A stretch of DNA of 62,657 bases, filler included, from Nemertoderma westbladi (GCA_032718475.1; 5 parts of 5 records of this genome joined end to end with filler, not necessarily neighbours in it), one strand, 5' to 3'. Shown: positions 36,555-48,239, counted from the whole stretch's first letter. Translations and numbers: made by a program. The notes: a model not told the origin generated them from the letters alone.

Positions 36555-38083
36555 TAAAGGTTTTCCGGGAGCCGCCAGGACTTGTCCCGTTTCCAGAAAC
36601 CATCGCTGTGTTTGTCGAACTTCCAGACAGCACCATCGTCCCGTACACTGTAACTAATAATTACGTCCGACTCTGCTTTGTCCTTCTTCGCTTCTTCATT
36701 CCACTGATACACAGTTTTGCGTCGTTCACTTATAAACTTCCTTGTCTCAGTCGATAGACTCTGCCGAACATGAATATTCGTATAAGCCCGGTCCAGATTA
36801 TGATTTTTTCTCGATAGGGCGAAGAGATCCCGAAAATTTCGTGCATCGAGTTCACTAGCAAATGAAACCTGTAACAGTCTATCTCTATCAGTAGTCTGGC
36901 GTCCAAGGCGGAGTGTGTCAAGTATGGTACTGGAGCCAGCACCAACTGAAACACATAATGATGAGACAGATGCTTTATCGGCTGTACCACTTCCACCTTC
37001 CTTTAGATTCGAAATAATTACTTGCTTTTTCAGTTCCTCCGATTGTAACACTTCACGGACTGAAGACTGAACGACTTCTGCTAAAGGAGTAGACCTCCGA
37101 TCAACAACACTGGAAGATAAAGAATTCCGAGAAGTTACTCCAGCATAGGTACAGTTAGCATCATTCCTAGGTTTAGAGGGAGGAATACAGAATGAAGTCG
37201 ATATTTCGCGAATTAGTTTCGACTGTTCTTCGATCTTGTCACTTAAGTCAGCAACAGTCTGATTTATAGCTGTGTTGGTGGGTGATACCTTTGGTTTCTT
37301 ATCATTTGTTAACCTATTAAAACATGATTGACAGATAAACGACCAGGGATTGTAGAGATTGCCCAACTTAATAACTTCCTCGTAGAAAGAATCAGCTCCA
37401 GTCGATTTATCAACCGGCAGAGTACCGAACGCACATTCGAAGCACACCCAGTGACTACTACAACCACCACACCCTACCCACTTGTTACCAAAGGCATCTG
37501 GGGAACGGTTACACTGTTTACATGAATCCTTCGGTGAAGTGTCTGATTTACTTGCCCCCTTCACCCCCTTTGGTACCTTGTGGATTGTCGTTGATGTAGA
37601 GGATGTAGAAGGTTTCTTAGATAGTTTTGCCGGTCTGATGGCGGTAGCTGGTTCAGTTGGTTTTGACTTACTCTTACGAGTGTTAACAGCCGAAAACCCC
37701 CCAATAGATGATTGGTTTGGAACCTGTCTAGGTCTACCCGCCGTAGACGGAGCGGTAGAAAGGCGGGTGGGCCTGGGATGTACCGGCGCACCTCCCTCTC
37801 TAGGAGATGGCGATGAGGAACCAAGAGTGATTAGTTCCTCTACGCAAACCGAACAGTCCTCGCCTTCCTTCAAATAAATCTCCTCCCGACCGCACGTCCC
37901 GCAGGAACCTCGCGAGGTGCGGCTAATATCGCTACCAGAGTCAGTCCTGTGGCCAGTTAATAGATGGTGATCGTCGAGAGAACACTTAGACTGACACGAC
38001 ACACCGCAGTCGCCGCAATCATTTGAAGCTTGAGAATGTGGACTGTGAAACAAGATACTACCATTTTTATTGGAATTAGACAT
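36554..38083 (-). CDS. CR1 ORF1: PHD-like zinc finger, coiled coil and C-terminal domain
   Basis: CKQC..CGGC..HWVCFEC..CQSC, coiled segment, VIISNLKE..LRLGR..RLLQVSF typical of CR1 ORF1; first ATG at 38083 (the track starts at GTG 38095). Confidence 0.88.
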   Translation of the reverse strand: MSNSNKNGSILFHSPHSQASNDCGDCGVSCQSKCSLDDHHLLTGHRTDSGSDISRTSRGSCGTCGREEIYLKEGEDCSVCVEELITLGSSSPSPREGGAPVHPRPTRLSTAPSTAGRPRQVPNQSSIGGFSAVNTRKSKSKPTEPATAIRPAKLSKKPSTSSTSTTIHKVPKGVKGASKSDTSPKDSCKQCNRSPDAFGNKWVGCGGCSSHWVCFECAFGTLPVDKSTGADSFYEEVIKLGNLYNPWSFICQSCFNRLTNDKKPKVSPTNTAINQTVADLSDKIEEQSKLIREISTSFCIPPSKPRNDANCTYAGVTSRNSLSSSVVDRRSTPLAEVVQSSVREVLQSEELKKQVIISNLKEGGSGTADKASVSSLCVSVGAGSSTILDTLRLGRQTTDRDRLLQVSFASELDARNFRDLFALSRKNHNLDRAYTNIHVRQSLSTETRKFISERRKTVYQWNEEAKKDKAESDVIISYSVRDDGAVWKFDKHSDGFWKRDKSWRLPENL

Positions 38084-39939
38084 AATCAAGCCCACAAGCT
38101 GCCAGGTCAGCAGGTAGCCTGGAGTACTGAAGAAATCAAACTTTATAATTTGTAAATGTATAAATAAGTACCGGTATAAAAGTTCAGTAGTTTATTTATC
38201 AGTGTTTTAGGTAGGCAAGCAAAATCCCGATTGCTTACTGCTTGCTACCCTACCTGTACACTGGCTGACTGGTACCGGTAACACGGTTTGTAGCCTATGC
38301 TTTTCTCACTCTTTTGTACTATTTTTGCACTCCTTTGTACTATTTTTGCACTTTATTGTACTCTTTTGTACTATATTGTACTATTTTGTATTTTTTTGTA
38401 CAGAATCGTCCAGTCGTCGGACCGGCGGTAGGCCTATCAGCCTATCGCGACGCGTTATCCAGTTATCTAAATGTTTTTTAATTTTAGGCGCATATAGTCT
38501 GATAGTGCATAGTGGGTGTATAGACCTACTGCCTACTGTTCTACGATCAGACGTTAGGACGTTCTTGTTGTCATGGCTGAGCTGCAGAGGGGCAGCATGG
38601 TCACCCTACCCTCTACCCATGAGCCATGCCATGCAGACATGACCCACCCACCACGCACCACAAACATGTAGGCCCTACTGCCCTACATGAATACATACCG
38701 GTACCTGCATACTGCTGTACTGTACTGCAGTACTGCCTGACTGCTGTCAGGCTGTAGTTCAGTAGTTGTCTGGCTGTCTGGTTATACAGTTATAGTACTA
38801 TATAATTATTGTACAGGGCCTAAACCTGTAAACTATAGGCCTATTGCAGTATTGCCAGTTGCCACTGACAGGGCAGCTGTGTACCGTAGCGTGTGGGGCC
38901 ATGACCATGGTCAGATGGTGGGGCACCGCTACCTGCAGACCTGGCCACCGGTAGCGGTAGGCAGTAGGTGTAGCAGCTAACAGCAGTAGGTAAATCTGCC
39001 TGTCTGTTAGGCATTATACTGTGGTAGGTACCAGAATTGTCATTGATGTATCAATAATATAACATATTAATGAAAGAAACTGAAAGTTATTCTCAGAAAG
39101 GTGAGATTGAGAATATTTATTGAGGACAGCATGGTATAGGAACGAAACAACAGCCTGGTAAAGATATGGACGACAAACTTAAGTTACTTTTACTTACATG
39201 TACTTATAACGATTAGTATACAAATTAATTAACTTAAATAATAATAATGGCTAACCGTAAGTGCACGGGCCTGGTTAGTCTCCTCCCCCACTACTTACTG
39301 TATATATTTTTATCTAATGATCTATTTTATTTGAAATAAATTTCATATGTGCAATTTTTGACTATGGGTGTAATAATAATAAATAATAATAATAATAATT
39401 AAAGTATTTAACACTGATTTAACACAAGGCACAAAATCTAATTAGTTAAAATCACATATTGAATTTTAAAAAGAATAAATATGTAGGTTAAAAGCTCGGT
39501 AACACAAATTAATTAAGATCACGAATCGAATTTATGCATGTATGCAGGCTAAGACAAAAGTTAAAATCACGCTTAAAATCACATTAAAAGCACCGAAAAT
39601 ATTTAATTTATAGTACCAATTAATTAAAATCACAAGTTGAATTTAAAATTTGTATGTAGATTAAAATGTACAGTATAATCTCTCGTACCTTGATTATTTA
39701 CAATTGTATGTAGATTAAAATCATGCCTCATGAAAGGCATGAGGTAAGTACTGTACTAAGTACAGTAGAACAGTTGTTGTAGGCAGCCGAGAAGGACCAT
39801 TCATCCATTTAGCAACTTAGTGATGAATTCGGAACAAATAACAAAAAAATATTCCGGTAGCAGGCATTTCTCATTGCAGTATTGGTGGCCTAGACCTACT
39901 GTATACTGTAGTCCTACACCATATGTCCTGGAATTATAA

Positions 39940-40350
39940 GTGTCGTTATTCAGGTACTGGACCCCACCCCCCAAATTTTTCTTCCAATCTTAACACCTTA
40001 ATGAGATTGCATAAGATTTGAAACAGCTAGATATACTGTAGTTTAAATAAATTATATAGTTTCAACTCCCTCCTCCGTGGGTGAGCCAGAATTTTAATTT
40101 TGTGTTTGAAAAAGGTGTCTCCGTCGCGATATTGCGCCAGCTTCACCGCAATTATTCTTCAATCTTAAAGCGATTTATTGGTACTATTAGAAAGATGGCC
40201 TAGTAAGGATTCCAAATACGGTATGTAACACAATCTTAATTTAGTTGAAAAACACCTAAGATATGAGCGTTCAAAAGTTGAATGGTTTACACCTGCGCAA
40301 GGCTATTTTTATTCTTTTTGTAATAAATACACCATATTCTGGAACATTTA
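39940..40350 (+). mobile_element. Dispersed repeat family A copy
   Basis: Colinear with 830-1270. Confidence 0.7.
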
Positions 40351-40399
40351 GCTTATCCTATACGTTGCTGGGCGACAATGCAATAGGCCTAGCACCTTA

Positions 40400-41050
40400 A
40401 TCATAATATTACGTTGCTTTCGTTTTTATTATTAGCTTTCTTTCTAGTTATAGGAACTAAGTTCGCATAAATTGGAACTAAAATTTGACAAAATTGGAAC
40501 TAAATTCGCTTCCATTGGAACTACAAATTGGCATCGGGTCACTACCGGTAATTCCGAAAAAAAAAATAGATTTTTCAATTCAATCCCGTTTACTGCAGAT
40601 TTTTATGATGATTTCAAAACTTCAATAAACCCTTTGTTAATAGCTAATGTAGTTCAAAAGTTATGTTAAACCTTATTCTATGGAAGTGTCTATCTGGGAT
40701 TGTGTTTCTGACGGTTTATCTCTCAAAACATAACAAAAGCATTCATCTTAGCTAAAAAAAATTGTTATCGGGTTTTCCTGGCCGCTGATATCATTCCAAA
40801 CGTCAGTTTTCACTTTTAACGAAAACTATTATGTCTTTATGTCTGTCTGTCCGTCCGACAATCTATCTGTCAAAATATAAGGACATCATTCCATCAAGCT
40901 AAAACATTTTTCTTGTGGTTTTCCTGGTCGCTGATTTCAATTCCGATGTCAGATTTCATATTTAGAAAAGTCTATTTATTATGTCTGTCTGTCGGCCTGT
41001 CTGTATAATCTTAACGTTTGTGTTACTTGGGGTTTAGCCCCGTTATTAAA
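40400..41050. repeat. Composite repeat: ~22-bp TTGGAACTA units, a ~140-bp duplication and (GTCT)n tracts; possibly Helentron/DINE-like
   Basis: Short units at 40450-40530; duplicated block ~40740-40860 and ~40885-41000 ending in GTCTGTCTGTC. Confidence 0.4.
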
Positions 41051-41089
41051 TAAACGAACAGTTTATCTATTCAATCAATTGGATCCCCC

Positions 41090-41277
41090 AGAGGCCGCAC
41101 TGCAGAGGAAGCGGAATCTCTAAAGATTCGCAAGTACCAGGAACTCATGGACCGGGGCTACCTCTTCCACCCGGTTGCTTATGAGACCCTGGGCCGCCCC
41201 GGCCCAGAAACATCCGAGTTCCTGAAGGAGATCGGGGCAAGACTCCACTCTGTTACCCAGAAACCCCGATCTCACCG
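41090..41277 (+). pseudogene. CRE-type retrotransposon endonuclease C-terminal fragment (not in ORF track)
   Basis: Reads AEEAESLKIRKYQELMDRGYLFHPVAYETLGRPGPETSEFLKEIGARL; GC-rich island. Confidence 0.7.
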
Positions 41278-42039
41278 GACTATAGACTATGGGACAAATT
41301 CCAACCCCTACTAGATCGACTACAGCGGATTTAATTATCGAGGTTTCGAGTGAAAATTACCCTACAAAATGACCGTTTTTTTTAGATGGAAGCAAAGCTA
41401 ATTTGGAAGCAGGCAATATTATTTAGTTTTCGGATGTGACTTGTTTTGGATTGCGACCGAGTCCTTGGATGATGAGTATTAATGTTTGTTTAACTTTCGT
41501 GGAATAAATATGGTTTTGATTTATATAGTATACGTCCGTTTATATACATATGTAATTATGTATAGTCAGTTGTTTAGGACCATATACATCACAGAGTACA
41601 CCCCTGGACAGGATTCGAACACAATGATATTGTAAAGCTCTCCAGTCCTTAATAGTGTTATTATTACTATTAATAGTGTTAGTGTTGTTATACTATAATA
41701 GTGTTATATTAAGAGTATAGTCTAAATAATGTTAATTGTGGTGAATACAAGGTAAGAAGTAATTGCCACCGAACATGTTTCTTAACATGCTATTTGGCAT
41801 ATTGGTCGACATTTTAATGCCACTCCAGATGTTGCTTGGCATTATTGCCCAAACTCTATCCCATGTGTTGTTATACCTACCAACTGTACGTATTTACATG
41901 TGTGCCAACCAAACAATATAATTCGGAGCATATAACGCGACAGTGTGTTAGGCTCCTTGTTCTTATAATGAATTCCGCTAAATTTCTGAAAAATTGTTGT
42001 AATTTAAATATGTTCAAATTAGTCAAAATTATTTAGTGG

Positions 42040-42934
42040 TAGAGTTGAAACAGAGACCTGTTTTTCTTAATCCCGGTGAACCAGAGACCTACCCAGATAA
42101 TTATTTTGAAAAATACCGGAGACCAGAGCCATAGATCAGAGACTTTGCTTATTTTTGTACTTAACAATTTGATTATAGCACAAACAGGTACGTATGAACT
42201 GAGAACTATTTTCTATAATCAAACCCATTCAACCCATAACCCAATGGAAAAAATAATTGCAAGTAGGCCTACAGTTTGGTTATGTTACATTAATTTGTTA
42301 GGTAATTTGTTAATTAAATAAGACACTTATTTTACAATTGTTCAAATCATATACCTTTCAATGTACTATAAACTTGGTCATTTACCAATATAGTTAGTGC
42401 ACAAGTGAGTACTGTACTCGCCACCTTTACAAGCCTCGTTACGCTCGATCTCATCAGTTGTTCGCCGTAATATATAGGTGACAACAAGGTGGAAAGATTC
42501 TATACTTTTAAACGGTTTGTGCTCAAAATAAGCACACTTATCCTTAAATAAGAACCATCTTTAGGTGCTAATTTATCTTAATTAAACGAACCTTAAATTA
42601 AATAGGAGATTACCGGTACATTTAGTATGAGTCATTATTAAAAAATAGTCTAAAAGTGAATATATAATTTTGTTGAAGGGAGTGTTAAAATAGTTAAAGA
42701 TTTTATAAACTTAAAAGTGATTAAGTTATTTGTTAGAGTATAAAATATGTGTGAAAAAATATTAATTTTGAATTTTATGTTGTACAAGATAAACATACAG
42801 TATTTATAATTTGAAAATCACCGATCTCTGGGTAAAATGTCTGTTTTCAATACCCGGGAACCAGAGACCTACCCAGAAACCAAAAATTGCCCGGAGAATC
42901 CAGAGATCAGTGACAAGTCTCTGTTTCAACTCTA
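42040..42934. mobile_element. Non-autonomous hAT element
   Basis: 18-bp TIR TAGAGTTGAAACAGAGAC; perfect 8-bp TSD TTTAGTGG at 42032-42039 and 42935-42942; subterminal CCAGAGAC repeats. Confidence 0.92.
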
Positions 42935-43798
42935 TTTAGTGGTAATTTGAAAATTAGAAATCAATATATTAAAGAAACGGGGAGTTGTTAATCCTCTTGG
43001 TTTTTTGTTATATTTTTGAGTTGGAGATCTAATTTTTATGACTTTCCCTAAAAAAATGTTGGTTTCGAAATAGTGAAAACTGTTTTTAGAAATTCCGTTT
43101 CCTCTGACGAATGAAATAAGAATTTAACAATGTTTTACTCTCGAGTTATACAGGTTCGAAGGTTCTAACATATTTTTTAGGTACATAATTACTAGTAAAA
43201 CATACTAGTGTACAATTTTGGTGCCAACTCCAAATTTTTAAACTCCACCGCCATTTTGGTTCTGTGCAAATTTAGCACCCACCGTCGTAAAATACAAGTT
43301 TGAGATGTAGTCTTATTAATTCCTTCGAAGTCCTCAGAACCCCAAAAACCCTTATCGTGTGACGCAAGAAACAGGAACAAGCAAACAATTTAACAAGTGT
43401 AGGTATTTGGTGCTAGCATCAAAATTTGCCACCTGCCGAAAATAAACTAGTTTGAAATTTCTAGCACATTTTTTTTAATATGTATTCGATCCACGTTGTT
43501 CCACGTTGATCGACATGTTGCGTACCACAAAAAACATGTGTAAAATGAAGCGGTTGTTTTGTTATGGTATATTTGGCATTTTTGAAATATGGAAAGACAA
43601 ATAATAAAATATCTCGAGTCAGTCTAATGAGTGAGTATAATGTTCCGTGTCCTACTTTCATATCACATCACCACGAAGAGTTTAACATAACAGAAAATAC
43701 TAATTATTTAAGAAACCCGTTTTTTCCTTTTTCACAAAAATAACTGAATTAGATAATTTATAAAACAAATTAATAATTACATGTATAATTAGCAGATT

Positions 43799-46216
43799 CT
43801 AGTAGTATGTATCGTAGCAGTGCCGACTATTATACTCGTATCCCGCCCCAGTTTCGTGTTCGTTGTAAGAAGGTCCTGCACTCGGGAGATTCACATATTG
43901 CGGGCGGTAGTCGACGGGTTGGCTATCATATGCAGCCCCGGTATCAACCCCACCCCGGTGCCCATCTTTATAGTATCGCTCACTGTTACTGGAGGGGTGA
44001 CGGTAGTGATTACTCGATAGAATAGGATTGGGATCCCAGCCAGTCTGTTCTTGTTGGAAGAAGTAATCATCGTTCGATTGGGGGGCGACACTTTGAGGAT
44101 ATCGATTGGTCCTCGATGGATTATCACCATGTTCTGTTTGTAGTGTTTCTGGGTGTCTCAAACGTTCAGCCGTCCTTGCGAGATGGCCCCCATCATGGTG
44201 GGACCTTATCGGCTGATTACCGCCTTCATGGGCTGTCCCCGACCTTGTAGGCTGCCGATCCTGGGTAGTCACTGTTCTTGTAGGATCTCTTAATGGCCTA
44301 TGAGGACGGTTATCTTGGTCTCGCCTCACTGATCTACCGCTATCATAGTCTGACCGAGGGCGATTGTGATTGGTCCTCATTTCGTCGTCGCGGGTTCGAC
44401 GGGATATCGGATTGGGTCCATCAGTGTGGTTCAACGGCCCGCGTTCGGCGCTACGTCGTCTGTATCTCTCGTCGTGCGATCTACGCCGGCGATCGGAGCG
44501 ATCACCGGGGGATCCTCTCCTAGACGACTCTCGACTCCTCTCTCTACCCCGACTAGGAGGGGAATGCCTCCGGGAGGAGCGGTCGCCTCCACCAGCGGGG
44601 CTTCGCTCCGAGCGTCCGCGGTGTTCGTGGCGACGAGGTTCCGGGGATTTACGCCGTTTACTCTGAGGTTCGGGACTCGTTGAGTCGCTAGATGACCGAC
44701 GATCGTTATCTTCCTGAAGGTAGTTTAGACGCTCTCTCCTCCGCATCTCGACGAGGAGGAATCTCCGCTCCTCCTCTCGCTCCTCTTCAGTTCGCTTCTT
44801 CTCCACCGCTTTCACCCGGGCCGCCTCCCTGTCCCGTTTTATCGTGCGATTCAACGCCATCTTCATTTTCATCTTCATTCGTTCCATAGGAGTTATTATT
44901 TTTGCTTTGGAGGCGGCGACTACAAGGTCGTTGGGCTTGGGAGGAGTTGAAGCAGGATCGGGAGAGCGAGAAGGGGATAGGGAGCTACGACGGTATCGCG
45001 TTCTAGAGGGAGGAGATGGTTGTCTATCGGGAAGGGCAGGTTGTTGTTCTGGTAAGGTAGGTTGTCTTCCGGGATGCGACCACCTCCTGGTTGGAGGAGT
45101 TGGTAGTCGGTTAAAGTTCCTCCTGTAGGATTCCGGAGGATCGCTGGAAGAAGAGGAAGAACGTCGACGTTGCGGAGGCGAATGGCGGCCTTCGAATCGA
45201 CGGAGGAGCGCGCGCTCCCGGTTGGAGGAAGACTGCAGTCGGAAGAGCGGATTCACCTTGACGCGTTCCTCTGCTTCGCCTTCCACGAAGGACGAGATGA
45301 AGGTGACCTGTCCGGCTCTTCCGGGGGAAGGGGAGCGGGAAGAGTCGCGAGAGGAGGAACGCGTGGGGGAGGAGGCGACGGGAGGTCCCGCAAAACTCAG
45401 TTCGGCCCCGGGTCGGAGGCGCTCCCGTTTAACCTCCTTCCGATCTCTCCGGGACTTCTTTCCGCTCCTCCGGCTCTTCTCCTCTTCCGCCAACGTGTGC
45501 TCTCGGATCCGCTCCTCCTCCTCTTTGTCCTGGTAGAGAAGATCGGCGAACTGATTGTCCCCCAACCCGTAGAGTTTCGCGAGGCCGTTGATGTTCCGGA
45601 GTTCTTCCGCGTTTAATTCGTCGACGTCCACCTGTAGATCCAGGTCCACATCGGATTCGTCTTCCTCCGAACTTTCGACGACGACAGGCACGCTGTCCAC
45701 CGAACCACCGGGTTTATCGTAGTCGTAAGGAATAGCCGCTTTAGCAGCTGATTTATCCTTATTCTTACAGGAGGATGAAACGCCTAAAGTTTCTTCTAAA
45801 TATATTTTATTTAGAAAATCGTCTTCTTCGTAACCTAAAAAATCGTTTTGTACTAGCGAGCGGTATCTCTCGTATGTACAAAGTTCGTCTTCGTGCGAAG
45901 GAGTGGCACCCACTTCGTTACTCGGTTTAACTTCCGGTATGAAATCCAAATGTGCTCGCACGTCGAAACGGTCGATAATGATCTCCGAGTTACCTCGCCA
46001 GGGCACCATGGTGTTGGGTGCCTCGGCGGCAGCAGACACCTGGGGGTCCAGATGTAGTCTGTAACTCCGGCCGTGGACCTGCATGAACTGCGCGGGGTCC
46101 TGACGGACCTTCATGTAGTGAGCTCGCCGACGTTCAGAGCGTTTCTTGTGGTCCACCATCAGGGTTCGCAGTTTACGCTCTTGTTTTCTTGCTTCTTGCC
46201 ACATTTTACCCGGCAT
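43799..46216 (-). CDS. CLASRP: CLK4-associating serine/arginine-rich protein (SWAP-related splicing factor), single exon
   Basis: N-terminus MWQEARKQERKLRTLMVDHKKRSERRR..DPAQFMQVHGR..PWRG..IDRFDVRAHLD (DRY_EERY domain), TFISSF, TPMERMKMKMKMALNR and RS-rich regions; 805 aa uninterrupted. Confidence 0.95.
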   Translation of the reverse strand: MPGKMWQEARKQERKLRTLMVDHKKRSERRRAHYMKVRQDPAQFMQVHGRSYRLHLDPQVSAAAEAPNTMVPWRGNSEIIIDRFDVRAHLDFIPEVKPSNEVGATPSHEDELCTYERYRSLVQNDFLGYEEDDFLNKIYLEETLGVSSSCKNKDKSAAKAAIPYDYDKPGGSVDSVPVVVESSEEDESDVDLDLQVDVDELNAEELRNINGLAKLYGLGDNQFADLLYQDKEEEERIREHTLAEEEKSRRSGKKSRRDRKEVKRERLRPGAELSFAGPPVASSPTRSSSRDSSRSPSPGRAGQVTFISSFVEGEAEERVKVNPLFRLQSSSNRERALLRRFEGRHSPPQRRRSSSSSSDPPESYRRNFNRLPTPPTRRWSHPGRQPTLPEQQPALPDRQPSPPSRTRYRRSSLSPSRSPDPASTPPKPNDLVVAASKAKIITPMERMKMKMKMALNRTIKRDREAARVKAVEKKRTEEEREEERRFLLVEMRRRERLNYLQEDNDRRSSSDSTSPEPQSKRRKSPEPRRHEHRGRSERSPAGGGDRSSRRHSPPSRGRERSRESSRRGSPGDRSDRRRRSHDERYRRRSAERGPLNHTDGPNPISRRTRDDEMRTNHNRPRSDYDSGRSVRRDQDNRPHRPLRDPTRTVTTQDRQPTRSGTAHEGGNQPIRSHHDGGHLARTAERLRHPETLQTEHGDNPSRTNRYPQSVAPQSNDDYFFQQEQTGWDPNPILSSNHYRHPSSNSERYYKDGHRGGVDTGAAYDSQPVDYRPQYVNLPSAGPSYNEHETGAGYEYNSRHCYDTYY

Positions 46217-47494
46217 ATTCTGTATTCCAGTATTCTATGAATATCATTTGATAATACAGTCAGGAACACTGGTCACAATTTGTTCAATTTACAGCCAGAA
46301 TATGTCCGCCGATAATGCTCTCAGATGTCAGAGTGAAATTTCTCCATAGAAAACAATGCTAAATTTCAATTGAAAACCGGCAGTGAAATTTTAACATTGG
46401 CATTCTAAAAATTATGCTGTTAGCCTATGCCATTAGAACCGCCATAAAATTCTGTATAAATTAATTTGAGAATTAGAATCTCATCGTTCAGTCGTTGGGA
46501 TAACTATCATTAATATTAAAAGTAAAAATTGTCACCTTATGTGCCCAGCTTCTGCTTTGAGGACTAGCAGTGAAGTTACAGCCAAAATATGTCCGAAAAT
46601 ATAATCACAGCCTGTCAGCCTGTGAAGGACAAATAGTGGCTGCACGGACACTTTCTGGCTGTAAATATGTGGATAATTTTTGGCTGAGCTTCAGCCAGAA
46701 AGTGACGAGTGTTCCTAACTGTAATACGTGTCCGCCTGCTGCTGGCTTGTGCCAAGTACAGAAGTAAGAATACCTGGATACAGTGATAGCACACAGCACA
46801 GTACAGCTGTACTGCTGTACTGCAGTACGCAATAACTTAGTTTTTAAGTACGCAATAGGCCTACTTAAAAATGCAGCTGCAATGCAGCATGCCTAGTACA
46901 GTAGTAGTAGGGCCTAGCAGCCTAGTACTGCAGTACTGCATACTGCAGTAGCAGATGGACAAACTGTCTGACTGTTTACAGCTGTGCTGTCAACCAGCAG
47001 ACAGGCAGACCAGACAAAAGATGAGGTAGAATAAAACGTCTGTCCTTATCTGATCTGATCTGATCTGATCTGACAGCATCTGATCCTATAACCAAAACCA
47101 ATCAGGAGAAAGAAATATAATATTTACCTAACTGTCTGTTAGGTAAATAGCCAATAGCTGAATAGGGGATCACGTTTCATGTTGCCCTGTTAAGTATCAG
47201 TATCATCATAATGAAGTAGCAGTACAGGCATACCGGTATGCATCTAAATGCACAAAGGCATGTTATTATATATTAAAAATGTGATATAGGATAAAGGTTT
47301 GTTACGCTAAAGGCAGAAAGGGAAGGCAGGAAGGGGAATCTCTCTAGGCCTACTGTGTAGGCCTAGTGTGTGTGGTGTATATGTATATGAAGAAACACTT
47401 AACATGCCCCATATTGCCAGCTGATATGGGGGTGTTTACAGTATACCCAGACGATGAAGGAATATCTGAATATGGGAAGGTGGATGGGAATGTG

Positions 47495-47725
47495 GGAATT
47501 AATAAACGCTGTTGTTACCTTCCAATTGAAGGAAAAGAGCATGTTACAGCGGCTTTAATTTCTAACCAAAACAATAAACGACGTTGTTACCTACCAATTG
47601 AAGGAAAGGAGCAGGTTACAGAGACAGGGTTTTCTAACCAAAACAATAAACGATTTTGTTACCTACCAATTGAGGGAAAGGAGAATGTTACCGCGTCTGA
47701 CTTTTCTAACCAAAACAATAAACAA
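47495..47725. repeat. ~75-bp tandem repeat, 3 copies
   Basis: TGTTACCTACCAATTGAAGGAAAGGAGCAGGTTACAG..TCTAACCAAAACAATAAAC repeated three times. Confidence 0.9.
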
Positions 47726-47840
47726 CCAGCGGGCACCTTCCCACATTCCCATCCACCCACCCACCCATGTGGCAATAATAGGTTGATAAATAATTAGCAT
47801 AAACATAATTAGTTAAGTACTATTATGTACTAGTAAGGTA

Positions 47841-48139
47841 TTCTGGTATTCTTCACATGGGCGAAGAATACCAGACTTTCTGCCGTTATATTTTATTTTG
47901 CAGTTACCCCCATGTGAAGAATACCAGGTTTTCACCAAAAACACAGGTTACAGAAGGGCTGAATATAACCAAAACAATAAACGAATTAGTATATGTCTGT
48001 ATGTACAGGTTATAAGCCATAAATAAGCTCTCTATAATACACTTAATAAAGATAAATAAAAAACAAATTAAAATCTTCATATATAAAATTCCAATAAAAG
48101 TCGACCGAAAAGGTAAATCCTGGTATTCTTCACATGGTC
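47841..48139. mobile_element. Second copy of the 21574-21847 TIR element, ending at the contig edge
   Basis: Colinear high-identity match including GGTATTCTTCACATG. Confidence 0.75.
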
Positions 48140-48239
48140 NNNNNNNNNNNNNNNNNNNNNNNNNNNNNNNNNNNNNNNNNNNNTTAATTAATTAANNNNN
48201 NNNNNNNNNNNNNNNNNNNNNNNNNNNNNNNNNNNNNNN
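48140..48239. other. Artificial contig spacer
   Basis: N44-TTAATTAATTAA-N44. Confidence 0.97.

Larger units (their letters stand above)
33241..38251 (-). mobile_element. Full-length CR1-clade LINE with tandemly doubled 3' end
   Basis: Intact ORF1 and ORF2; (AAACTG)n-type tails ending at 33241 and 33457; candidate TSD ACCTGT at 33235-33240 and 38252-38257. Confidence 0.88.
31553..38424. mobile_element. Second foldback-like element whose right arm is interrupted by the CR1 insertion
   Basis: 31553-31718 (11-bp AAAAGAGTACA-type repeats) is inverted at 38258-38424 and partly at 32235-32365; 31760-31965 is inverted at ~32880-33160. Confidence 0.7.

Noticed and set aside
43807-45616. Plus-strand ORFs antisense to CLASRP
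   Set aside because: Shadow ORFs of a GC-rich coding region with no recognisable motifs
47366-47797. 143-aa ORF with repeated CYLPIEGKE
   Set aside because: Arises from the ~75-bp tandem repeat whose core occurs as non-coding sequence in several elements
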